Below are positions 24,638-34,670 of a DNA stretch of 34,670 bases, one piece after another. The first letter of the stretch is position 1. Every line of letters starts with the position of its first letter. The translations under genes were made by a program, and so were the position numbers. Under the pieces are notes generated by a model. The model was not told where the DNA came from. It made no database searches and saw nothing but the letters and a program-made list of their open reading frames with translations. The DNA is from Phoronis australis (taxonomy: Eukaryota > Animalia > Phoronida), in contig NMRA01001253.1 in the NCBI GenBank assembly GCA_002633005.1, positions 1 to 34,670 of the forward strand, read 5' to 3'.

Positions 24638-27049
24638 CTACACCTTTTCTTTGTCTGCTTCCGGATGACCTGTCTTTTTATTTTTTTCATGATCTTGCAA
24701 TCGAAACAAGTTTTCGTGTTCATTTCCAGATTCAGGAGACACGCCGGTCTTGCAACACGGCTTTTTGACAAAAATGACAATTACACAGGCAACAAGCGCA
24801 ATTCCCGCCAGCGCACTGCAAACACTGATGGCTGCTATCTCACCTCCGCTCAGACCTGCTGGTGGTTCGGGTGGTGGAATGGAGGCGAGTGTTGCATTTG
24901 GTGTTGCTGTTTTGGGAAGGTTTGTTGAAGTCTGTATTATGGAGTGGCTTGGTTTTGTAAAGGACCCGCTTGATGTCGCAGTTATTCTGGTATCATTGGT
25001 TGTTGAGACTGCAACACTTGATTCCGTGGGAATAACAATAGTAGCTGTATTGGCAGCACTGGTTGTTAAATTTAGTTCACTCTTCATCGTGGATGTAGGA
25101 AAATCAACGGCACTGTTCACACTGGGTGTTGTCAGTGGTTCAGTTGTTACTGTGGTTGTAAAAGGGAGAACGCCACTGTCCACGGTCGTTGTTGACAATG
25201 GTCCAATTCTCGCTGTGGACGTAGAAGGGAGAATGCTAATGTCCATAATGGTTGTTGACACTGGTTCAGTTGTCACTATGGATGTAGAAGGAAGAACGCT
25301 AGCGTCCACATTGGTTGTTGGCAGTGGTTCAGTTGCCACTATGAACGTAGTAAGGAGTTCGGTACTGCCCATAGTGGATGTTGACATTGGTTCAGTTGCC
25401 ACTATGGATGTAGAAGGAAGACTGCTAGTGTTCACACTGGTTGTTGATATTTGTTCAATTGTTAATGTGACTGTAGAAGGGAGAACGCCACTGTCCACCG
25501 TGGTTATTGACAGTGGTTCGGTTGGCACGCTTGATAGTACAATCAACAGCAACCCCACTGGCCTTGCAACTGCTACTCTATGGGCTGATGACGAAAAAAC
25601 TACAAATAAGAAGGTAATAATGTATGGAAATTCAAGAAATAGCATCAGCTAGTTGAGATAAACCTCGTTCGCTAAATGGTAGACTATTTAAATAAGACAA
25701 TTTCAAGAATGCATTAGCTTTTTTGTAATATAATCTCAGTAACATCACGGGTTATGTCAATCTAAGAACTTTGCCATCCAACTTTAGCTTCAAAGTGCAT
25801 TTTCGGTAAGAAATTAGTCACGCCTCTTTAATTCCTCTTGGCATACCGGCATTGCCTAACTAATACTTTTGAAATCATACATATATCAGTACTACAAAGT
25901 TATTACCCATAATATATCATAAGGTTTCTAACGCTCCAACTATAGTTTCCCACCAAGAGCTTTCACGTTAATTTAAATTGCGAGATATGTTAATCCGTCC
26001 TGATTCAATTTGAATTAACCTAGTGAACCATTTTAAAATTATTCACGGCAACCACCACATGTTTGAGATGCTATTCCATAGACTGCACTTGATTCACCCG
26101 GCAGGTTCCACCGGGTCAAAGCCGCAGGTTTCCGAGCTTTGTATGCAATGCATGGCCAGATCTCCAGAAGAATTTTGTGATATTGCATGTTCGCGAGTGT
26201 ACTGTCTCTACAAAAAAGGCACCTGGAAAGCGTTCCATAAACAAGGATCAGGAATCAAAAATTGGTCGGAATTCAAACCCAGTCGGCTGGCCTGCAAAAC
26301 CAAATGGCCAGTGATCAAACGTGTTGTGCGAAATTCATGACGCTGATGGCCTCACAAAAAACAGATTTCGTTTTAACGACTTTTTGAAAAACAGTAATTT
26401 GTAATTTTCATTCATAAACATGTAGAATATGACACCAGGTTGTAATGGTCACCAAATATTGGGTTTGTGTTCCAGTGATGAGCCACATTGCTACGAAAGT
26501 GAAACATCGTGTAAGAGGGATTTGTACATATTAAAGAATAAATTGCCAATGGAAATCAACAATAACACAACTTCAGGTAAGATACGGTGTCATTATGAAG
26601 GAAACTAAGTTGCCCTGGTGCAATTTTTCAAAGAGGGGTCCCTTTTTACTCTCTTCCTAATGTCTCAAACTGTTTAAAGCGGGATCGAAATTATCCACTT
26701 CAGAACAAGTTGTGCAAGATATTTGTCAGGAAACAAAGCCTTCAAAAGCCTACCATCCTGAGCGCCTCCAAACTATACTCCTTCCTGTCACATTTATTTT
26801 AAAGTTCGAAATCCATTTGAAGTTTTTAGATCAGACTGTTACTGCTGATATGCCTATTAGTCATTTTGATTGCTACAAATAAGACGAGCATATCGTTTTT
26901 AAACTATGACTCTATCAGAAAATAACTAATACTATTCACGAGTTCACCTAATATTTGTAAACTCATTGGCTTTGAATTTAATAAACAGTATGAAAGTAGA
27001 TATTTACTTTACCTGCTTTAAGAAGAAATAAAAGAAGAAAAATCCTCAT
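24638..27049 (-). CDS. Mucin-like type I membrane protein, gene 2 copy B (exons 27049-27013 and 25599-24638, ~332 aa)
   Basis: Exon 1 MRIFLLLFLLKA G|gtaaag splices in phase 1 to tttgtag|TT, giving signal peptide MRIFLLLFLLKAVFSSSA. Then 21-aa repeats, TM after GLSGGEIAA, and tail KKPCCK...ADKEKV. Confidence 0.8.
25082..25522 (-). repeat. Seven coding 63-bp (21-aa) tandem repeats, consensus ~TEPLSTTTVDSSVLPSTSIVT
   Basis: Residues 42-188 of ORF 24638..25645 split into seven exact 21-aa units. Confidence 0.9.
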
Positions 27050-30000
27050 TTTTCTGTTAGTTGTAAACGGTTGGTGACTTGTCAACAGAGCACCTTCGTT
27101 TTAAATTATTAGACTGTTCTTCACTTATTCTGTACTTGTAGGTGCGGCACCTTTTAACCTGGTTACCGCGTCATTGATGTCGTTTCCATGTAGACTAACG
27201 TGATAACTTGCTTCCGATTATTTTATTGTCATTTGAGATTTTATCAAAAAATATCCCGGGGGTATTCGACTATGCTTTTAGACGTGCGGCTGGAAAACTA
27301 AGATACCCATCCATTTGGAGGGTGGACTACATAAAAAGTAATTCCAAAATCCTAATCCTTTTGTAGGGATTATTGGCCATCTTCAAACAATACAGAATAC
27401 ATAATAGAAAAAATTACAATCAAAGTTTATGAATATAGATTTTGTAAAATCTTGCTATAGGTTTTCTAAGTGGAAGAGAAACCTTTTCTTAGAGTTCTAT
27501 TGGCACACTTGTATAGGGAATCTCGACAGCAAAAGGCACGGTCTAGTTGGGTAAGTAGTGAAAGGCACCCATCGGAGCGGCATGTCCGGTATGCTTCTTC
27601 TATGACAGTACCCCCGGGAGAGTATCTGTCTTGTTTTTTTTTGTAATTGGGGGCTCTATCTAAAAGTGTCCAATCCGAGAGTTCTGATTGGGCCAAGTTA
27701 CCATTCGACGTAATGGTTATCGGACGACAAACATGTGATTAAACTTGTCAGTGGCGGATTTCGACTGAGATTAAAACTGCCTGTCAAGCCGATTTAAATA
27801 CATGATTGTTTTTATCAACGTCGAAATGAGGAGAAAATGAAAAACAATGCAAGGCACGCCTTATCTATAAATTAACAAAGGATTTAAAATTGAAATGTAG
27901 TAGGCACGTTGCAAAAAGAAAGTTAGATTTGATACCGTGCCTGATCAGGCTTTTAGAAAAACATCAACATCTGAATATGTCATATTTCACTTCTCGTTTC
28001 TTCAAATGCACTTATTATTGAGAATCTCTGCAAAAGGTATATAGATGAAGTTAAAAGCAGTATAAGGTTACGATAACGTCACACGGAAATGAACAACCTT
28101 GTGTGGTGCGTGGAACGCAATGATTTTATTGCGCAGTAGATTTGTTAATAATTTATGATCAGTTTTATCAGTGAACCGTTTACTTATTTAACCTAAGAGA
28201 AGACGAATCACAATAGGTGTTGCAACATCTTGACTCTAAGGTTGATGAAATCCAGAATTATATACGTTTCAGTTTTTCGGGAGCTCTATGTGTTGCTTCT
28301 GAAAAAATTCCCTTCAAATCATAGACTGAAATCTCAACTCTATACTATCTATGATAAAGGTCTGATAGAGGGAGCTCAAGGGGATTCCAATGGGTTAATT
28401 GGGAGTGCTGTAACCAAGACGCGGTTTGTCATTTCAGTAGCCTTACATTAAATGTGTTTTGCAATTTTAAGACAATGAAAAATCAACAATTTTCTTTGAG
28501 TGGACAATGACTTTTTTCGCAATTCTTTTTTGAACTTTCTTTCAAAATACAATATCTCCAAAATATACTAATTTTATAGTTTTTCTGAAGTTTCCGTCTT
28601 AACGGTATGCGCACGTTTCTAGGTGCATGCAATTTAACCGAAATGACGCAGTTTTTAAAAAAGAAACGTTTTTCAAGTGTCTCTTGTAGCCACCCAAGTT
28701 CCGTTTATAGGTGCGAAAGCTATCCTTTGTATGAGCACAAGTCTTAAAGTGACATTTTCTTGCATTTTCTTCTATTATTGGTACTCTCTCATTCAATAAT
28801 TAGGGTTAAATTTATGAATCCAGATCTATTTTGTAACGAATAAGTCCACATTGACTCACATGATATTCTAAAAGGGCGCAGATTCACCATTTAAAATTTT
28901 TATTATGAAAAGTATAACATACAAGAATTAGAGTAGAGACCAGGAAGGCTAGTAAACATTATTTCTAGGCCTTCAGTTTTACATTCGGCAGGCGTTTGAG
29001 ATTAGATACCTGACATGCTTGGATTTTGAAGGAAATAAGGAATTAAAGAAGTTCAATGTAATTAATAGACCACCGGGCCTTTTTACAGATGTATAAACAA
29101 ACAACCAAAATGGAGAGCATGAATCTACCCGTAAGAACGAGATCAGTTCCCGATGAAAGAAATTTACCCTCGCAGAATAAGCAAGAACAAACACGTAATT
29201 GGGCGAATACCGCAAGCGGAAACATTTTGCCAAATAAGAGAGCATAAAGAAGTATTATGGTGTCTGATCTTCTGAATGAGTTTTTCGGATCCGAACAAAA
29301 TCTGAAATATGTGAAATTCGACATACTTTCCTAGTGCACTTATAATCCTGCCCTGTCAAACAATAAGTCTGGAAATGCGTTTTAGTCATTATGCTGTTTG
29401 ACTATAATGTTATTTCATCAAAATGGGCTCTGTGTTCATAATGAATTAACATTCAGTTTCTGACCTCCTCTTTGTACCATTGTAAAATACCACGGGTCAC
29501 TTGACATAGACATTAATCGGCTCAGTTTTTGACGGGTTGACCAATCCTGATAAAACTGGTGGCTTCTTGACGCCCCCTTTACTTGCCGACGATTGGTGAT
29601 GTATTTGAGGTGTCAATCATTTTACAATAATGCGAATAGGTAACGTAATCGTCCTTGGCTTTGAATGGCCAGATTGAGTAAAAACGAAATGCCCCTTTAA
29701 CGGGCCATGGCCTTTGGATCAAACAGATACAGAATTTTATGCTCATATTCAAGCAATCTTCGTTTTTTACTAGTGTTCTCTCACAGTAGGAAATAATAAC
29801 TAAAATTCACATCGAATTGCCTTTGATTCTGCTGAAAACAAACATGAATGAATTATCTTCATTTTCTGCATTTCTTGGAAATTGTGAACACAAAAAATGC
29901 GGTACACTTACTTTTGTCCCATTTTGGGTGCATTCGTTTCGGTCTGTATTTGGTAAGAATTATATTACGTACAATTTCTACACCTTCGGAACCTTAACAT

Positions 30001-30189
30001 TTTACTGTTAATTAAAAGTAACTACCACAATTTCCAATTCCTAATTTTAAACTTTACTGTGACTTAGTAAAGTGGCGTAAAACGTGAAACACAAAGTAAA
30101 TTTGCATTATGCAAAGTGGTTCTTTGTCACTGAAACAGAAGTCAAAATGAGTCACAGACATTTTTACGGTTTGCTCGTGAAGAATTTAC

Positions 30190-30768
30190 CTTGGGGTCTG
30201 TCAACTGCTCTTCACTTTTTTCATTTGCACGGCAAAGCAACGTTCCTTATTTGGTATGGCGACATAGACGTAGCATCTTGTCGATATATGAAAATGTGAC
30301 ATTCAACCTTTGATTTAAACAAAACAATGGTGATTTCGAACAGCAACTAGCCTGACTTATTTGAGCACATGCGCACATATATATCGGGATGAAAGAGTTT
30401 ACATTTCGTCTGTATTTGACGATTTTTAGGTATTCTTGTAAAGTTAATAACTCTCCCGTTAGCATCCCCCTAGAAGTAGATTCTCCACAATGTTTAAAAA
30501 GTACTTTTAAGACTTTTTGCATTCCATGCCTCTTACACAAGTCTTCCACTTTGCATCCTCCAGCGCTACTTAGTTTACGGTTATCGTTGTGCCCAGAGGA
30601 AACTACTCCGTTTCATCTGTGTACCGGAACACTTAAATGTCCAAATTACCCGATATTTTTGTATCAAATGTCTGAAAACTTGACACTTGAGATGAACTAA
30701 GTATTTACAATACCTGTATCAAAGATAAGAGTAAGAAGTATCATGGCTCTCATTTTGTCTTTGTCCAT
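30190..30768 (-). pseudogene. Decayed secreted Cys-rich protein gene inside the B-specific segment
   Basis: (MDKDK)MRAMILLTLIFDT G|gtattg; 42-nt intron; exon with 3 stops then GGCKVEDLCKRHGMQKVLKVLFKHCG...YRRN|gtaaac; 51-nt intron; ASCCSKSPLFCLNQRL...LCRHTK*GTLLCRANEK...DPK|gtaaat. Confidence 0.5.
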
Positions 30769-31504
30769 GGGTCGTTGGCAAACTGTCAGTAACGTGCCTT
30801 CTTTTTAATTCATCTGTCAAATCTAAATTCTTCTATTTTTTCTCAACGTCTCACTTGGATACGACAACTAGGTTGTTGTTTCAATCATCTCATATCTTTC
30901 TAATATACTAGGGCTATCAATTTTTTGCTGTTTTATATTGGCAGATACCTTTATCTAATTAGGGATGGCGAGTACTGCGCTGACTAGGATATAAGTAAAT
31001 TACCGGAAATCTACTTATGCCTCTCTTAAAATAAACTCCTCACGCAGGTAAGTTGACAGTCTGCTTTTTACGTTAACTTCAACCAAAGCGAGAAAACAAG
31101 AACAAAATTCACACCTGTCTGCGTTCAGTAGGACAAATCTAAAAATTTAATGTTCGGAAGGCATGGTTTCCTGGTGTTAAGGATTTTTGTTGTAGGGTAT
31201 GCTTTGATTCACTATGGTTCAAGGTTTCAGAGAGTTGGCTTTATTCCCCTTGTCGACCAAAACACTGAAATCACGAAAAAACTAATAGCCCTCCTTGTTT
31301 CCTTTTCCAGGATAGCAATCGATTTCAGAATCTACATTTTTTGCCTTTTCACTTGCTGGCTTCATGAATGATATGTTTGAGGATGTAAATCAATTTTATT
31401 ATGGTGTGGAAATGTTTCGTTTACGTGTCTTTGAAGAGCCCGTTTCATTGTTTGCGTTATCGTGAGCAAAAATATAATGCCCCTTTCCTGTGTATTATAT
31501 TCAT

Positions 31505-31556
31505 GCATGTGTGTATGTATGTATGATGCGCGTATGTATGTATGTAATTATGTATG

Positions 31557-31587
<31 letters not shown>

Positions 31588-31665
31588 TTTTGTATTTATG
31601 TATGTATGAAGGTAGTTATATGGGTATGTATGTATGCATGCAAGCATACATGTACATGTACATAC
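31505..31665 (+). repeat. (TATG)n microsatellite
   Basis: Runs of tatgtatg. Confidence 0.95.
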
Positions 31666-33508
31666 CTGGGCCGGTGTTCCTTTTGAGGCGTTGGTTTTTC
31701 ACTTTTCTGAGAACATTTTAATATTGTGGCAGAGAACCCTAAGGGTGTCGCCATTCCGTTCCTGTCATCATGTCATCATGGGCAAGCATTTTTCATTCAT
31801 TGCCTTTTCGAGGAATGCTTCGCCAGGAGCTCGATTTAGGAGACGTACATAAGCGTTTCGGCTCTACTCTCCACTATTGTTTTCATCTCGACTTCCGTGA
31901 AAAATACTGGATAGTGCCATGTCACGATGTTTGGTAGGCCCACGTTTAGTTGTTTGTACTGTTTTGCAGACTATAAAATGTAAGGCTTATGGATTTCTAC
32001 TTTGCAACTACTTTGTGATTCCCCCCTGAAGTATAAACAAATAAGTACTCGGTGTTATTAACCAGTGGTGTTGTAACACATTACAGGTCATGTGACAACA
32101 TATTCTTACCAGTGAGATACAACTACATGGAATAAAAAGGAATTTGCTTTAAACTGCATTAGAAACTTTTTGACAGTGTTTCCAAAAATAAGCCCCCCCC
32201 CTTTTCAAAGTTACGACTGGGCGTTTTTCGCTTTCATTTGACGTTTTTGAAAGGTCGTTTTCCACGAATATGTGCATATGGGCTTGCTTTTGGAGAATCC
32301 CAGTTTTATCTTTCGATTGACGAAACTCATTCTATTTTCTGCAGTGATAGAAACAAACGAATAGGTAGACGCTAACTACAAATTGTTTTTACTGTATATC
32401 CTGGTATATATTCATGTATGTGCTTGGGAATTATTACGAATTTTCAATTGACAGTTTTTACTGAAATGTTTCGCACACATAGGTGAATCCTCTTTTGTTC
32501 CACTTGAGGCAGGCTGTCATTCGTTGTCTTTGGCTCTTTTGTCTACTCTTAGTATTTTTCAACGTTCAAATGAAAACACGCCAAAATCTATCATTTCGCA
32601 ACCAGTAAGTCAATCTGTTTCACTTGTTGTTTTGAAATGTTGCTCCTTAGGTTCACTCAAGTGTTTCACTTGTAGCCATATGTGGCTAGTTCTGAACATA
32701 GGCACAGCGTCAAATTTAGGCGCATGAGCTTAAATAAGTACATATACTGAATCAATTTTGATCAATGCTCACTTTAAAGCGGCAAATTTCAGTCTGCATA
32801 TTACTAACAACGTTTTTTCAAGTAGCCGGCTGCACTATTAGTAGCCGTAAAAGATGAAAAATTGATTGTGGAATCAGTTTCAATAGACTATGTGCAAGGT
32901 TTTTGAAGTCTTTGGCAAAGTATACTGTTCTTATTTTCAGACTTTGCACATCCTGTCGAATAGATAGTTGAAGCTGACTCGACCTGGTTTTTCAAGCCCA
33001 ATATCGGCTTGTATTAGCGGCAAAGAACGTTATCTGCAGTCGTGCGACCCCTATTACTGTGCTGTTGTCTTTTGAAAGGAATCGTGTATTCTTTTTCACA
33101 TTCCCTGAGATAACATCAATTACTTGCCCAGCTGCGTCCTCATAATGAGCTTATCAAACGGCGTTTTTATGCTGCAGGTACCTTAGACAGCTTGGTAAAC
33201 TGAGACGTTTCCGCCTCTGATGAATGGCGGTCATGTTTAATATGTCAAGAGGTAATACATTTACCGAGTTCTCCGTAACATACTGAATTACAATGCTTTA
33301 GCATATTTCAATATTTAATTCACAACAAATGTAAAAAAGACAATGTAAAACTATGTACAAATTCTCATCGTCACTTTACATAACAACACAGTATTCGATA
33401 TTTTCACTAGGCTGGTCTTCACGACTTATGAGACACGGAGTCCAAAGCACGGAAGCGTTTTGACAGCTTCGTTTCCACGATTCCACTTTCATGTTACTAA
33501 TCAGACAG

Positions 33509-33792
33509 TTAAAGGAGAATGACACCCGATTTAATTAGTCTTTTTTACCGTCTTAATCGTTCTATATCCACATCGCCTCTTATGCGGTCGACCTCACCTT
33601 GCCGAGAGGTGTCGCTTTAAATTGTGAGGAAGGTGAGAAACGACGCAGCGACGTCAGTGGTTCGTTTGCAGAGTGAATGCCTCTATATTGCGATGCATCG
33701 TTCTCTCTTGTCCGAACTATAAAGCTGCGAAGAAAGCGGGTATATCGATTTTTCCACTTCCCCGAGAGCCCGAAATGCTTAAGAAGTGACTC
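33509..33792 (+). mobile_element. Copy B of the THAP/Kolobok-like remnant, truncated
   Basis: ttaaaggagaatgac at 33509. From ATG 33677, with frameshifts: MPLYCDA..CPNYKAAKKAGIS..FFHFPESP. Confidence 0.6.
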
Positions 33793-33907
33793 GCAGTCTC
33801 GGTCGATACGCGGAATAATGTCTCGTGGGATATTACTTCATGTACGCCACTCTCGGCACGTTTTTTGTATACGTACATCAATTCGTACAAAAAAATTCAC
33901 CAATCAT

Positions 33908-34280
33908 TACATACACCAATGCATGCATACATATAATGCATACGCATGTCAACGCATATACACAGCAATGCATGCAAGTGCTTACAGCAATGCATGTACG
34001 TGCTTACATCAAGGCATGCATCTGTCAATGTATGCACGTGTATGCATCTGTCAATGCATGCATGTGCTTACAGCAACGTATGCACGTGGATACATCAATG
34101 CATACACACATTCATCATTGCATTCATGCATACATCAATACATGAGCACATGCATACGCTTATACATCAATGCATACATCTATGCATACATACATACGTT
34201 AATGCATACATCAATGCATGCATTCACACATGCATACCCCGGTATATACTTACATTCATCAATGCATACATACATACATG
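33908..34280 (+). repeat. Degenerate (CATA/ATGC)n simple repeat
   Basis: Repeated atgcatacatacatcaatgc; explains the H/M/C/Y-rich ORFs in several frames. Confidence 0.9.
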
Positions 34281-34670
34281 GAGCAAGTACCGGTAGGCTG
34301 TGGCAAGAAGCGCAGTTAGGGTAAAACGGTCTAGTCTGTTAAAACTAAATCCTGTGTGCCACTTGCATAAGCACCCACTTGGTAACAACGTGAACAACAA
34401 AGAAGTAGCAAAAGTTTGTACAGTAACAGTGTGTGTCACTGTGTCATATAAACAGCTCATTTTTTAATATTAGCACACCCTAGAAATCGCTTTCGCATTG
34501 CATCCAGATTCTCTCCCTTGCATTCATTCACCATAGAGACCGAGCTCAGAGGAGTAGGGGACATCTTTATGCAATGCTTAATTGTCTTCCAGCGAAGCCA
34601 GAATTTCAATCCGGCTCTCCCAAGTGCTTATTTTACCCGTCTGAAATTAGTCAAACTGTGATGTCCCAAA

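Larger units (their letters stand above)
19919..33792 (+). repeat. Segmental duplication, copy B
   Basis: Colinear with 1-10013, with B-specific segments at 23265-24452 and 28947-32410. Confidence 0.95.

Noticed and set aside
25600-25645. MLFLEFPYIITFLF as the start and signal peptide of gene 2B
   Set aside because: The same region is out of frame in A and looks like a polypyrimidine tract ending tttgtag; an upstream phase-1 exon fits both copies.
30470-30560. Insulin B-chain-like LC...CG motif
   Set aside because: 15 residues separate the cysteines versus the usual 11, and the downstream CC spacing does not fit an A chain.
687-30768. Stop-codon reassignment or RIP-like mutation to explain stops in exon-like blocks
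   Set aside because: All three stops plus frameshifts occur, the long mucin exons have none, and A/B differences at stops include transversions; ordinary decay suffices.
33677-34324. 215-aa ORF and overlapping H/M/C/Y-rich ORFs
   Set aside because: A THAP remnant running into a CATA/ATGC simple repeat.

Overview
AT-rich eukaryotic (most likely invertebrate animal) scaffold with spliceosomal introns and two N-gaps. No rRNA, tRNA, CRISPR or prokaryotic operons were seen. The window is dominated by a diverged tandem duplication: copy A 1-~10013 and copy B ~19919-33792. Each copy carries two paralogous minus-strand genes for single-pass type I membrane proteins: a short phase-1 signal-peptide exon, a Ser/Thr mucin-like ectodomain, an L(S/D)GGE(L/V/I)AA-led TM helix and a KxC(H/C) tail. 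Between copies the non-coding DNA and TM/tail align closely, but the ectodomains are remodelled. Gene 2B has 7 x 21-aa repeats, gene 2A is rich in N-glycosylation sequons and has lost its signal-peptide core, and gene 1B is frameshifted. Decayed exon-like blocks lie in the introns and between the genes, and several candidate introns are exactly 42 nt. TE content: MITEs with 5-bp TSDs (one with an empty site in the other copy), a 17-bp-TIR element, THAP/Kolobok-like remnants, and a Helentron-type (HINE-like) element carrying about 11 co-oriented CTCF-like motifs. All gene models and identity estimates were made by eye; nothing was computed or searched.
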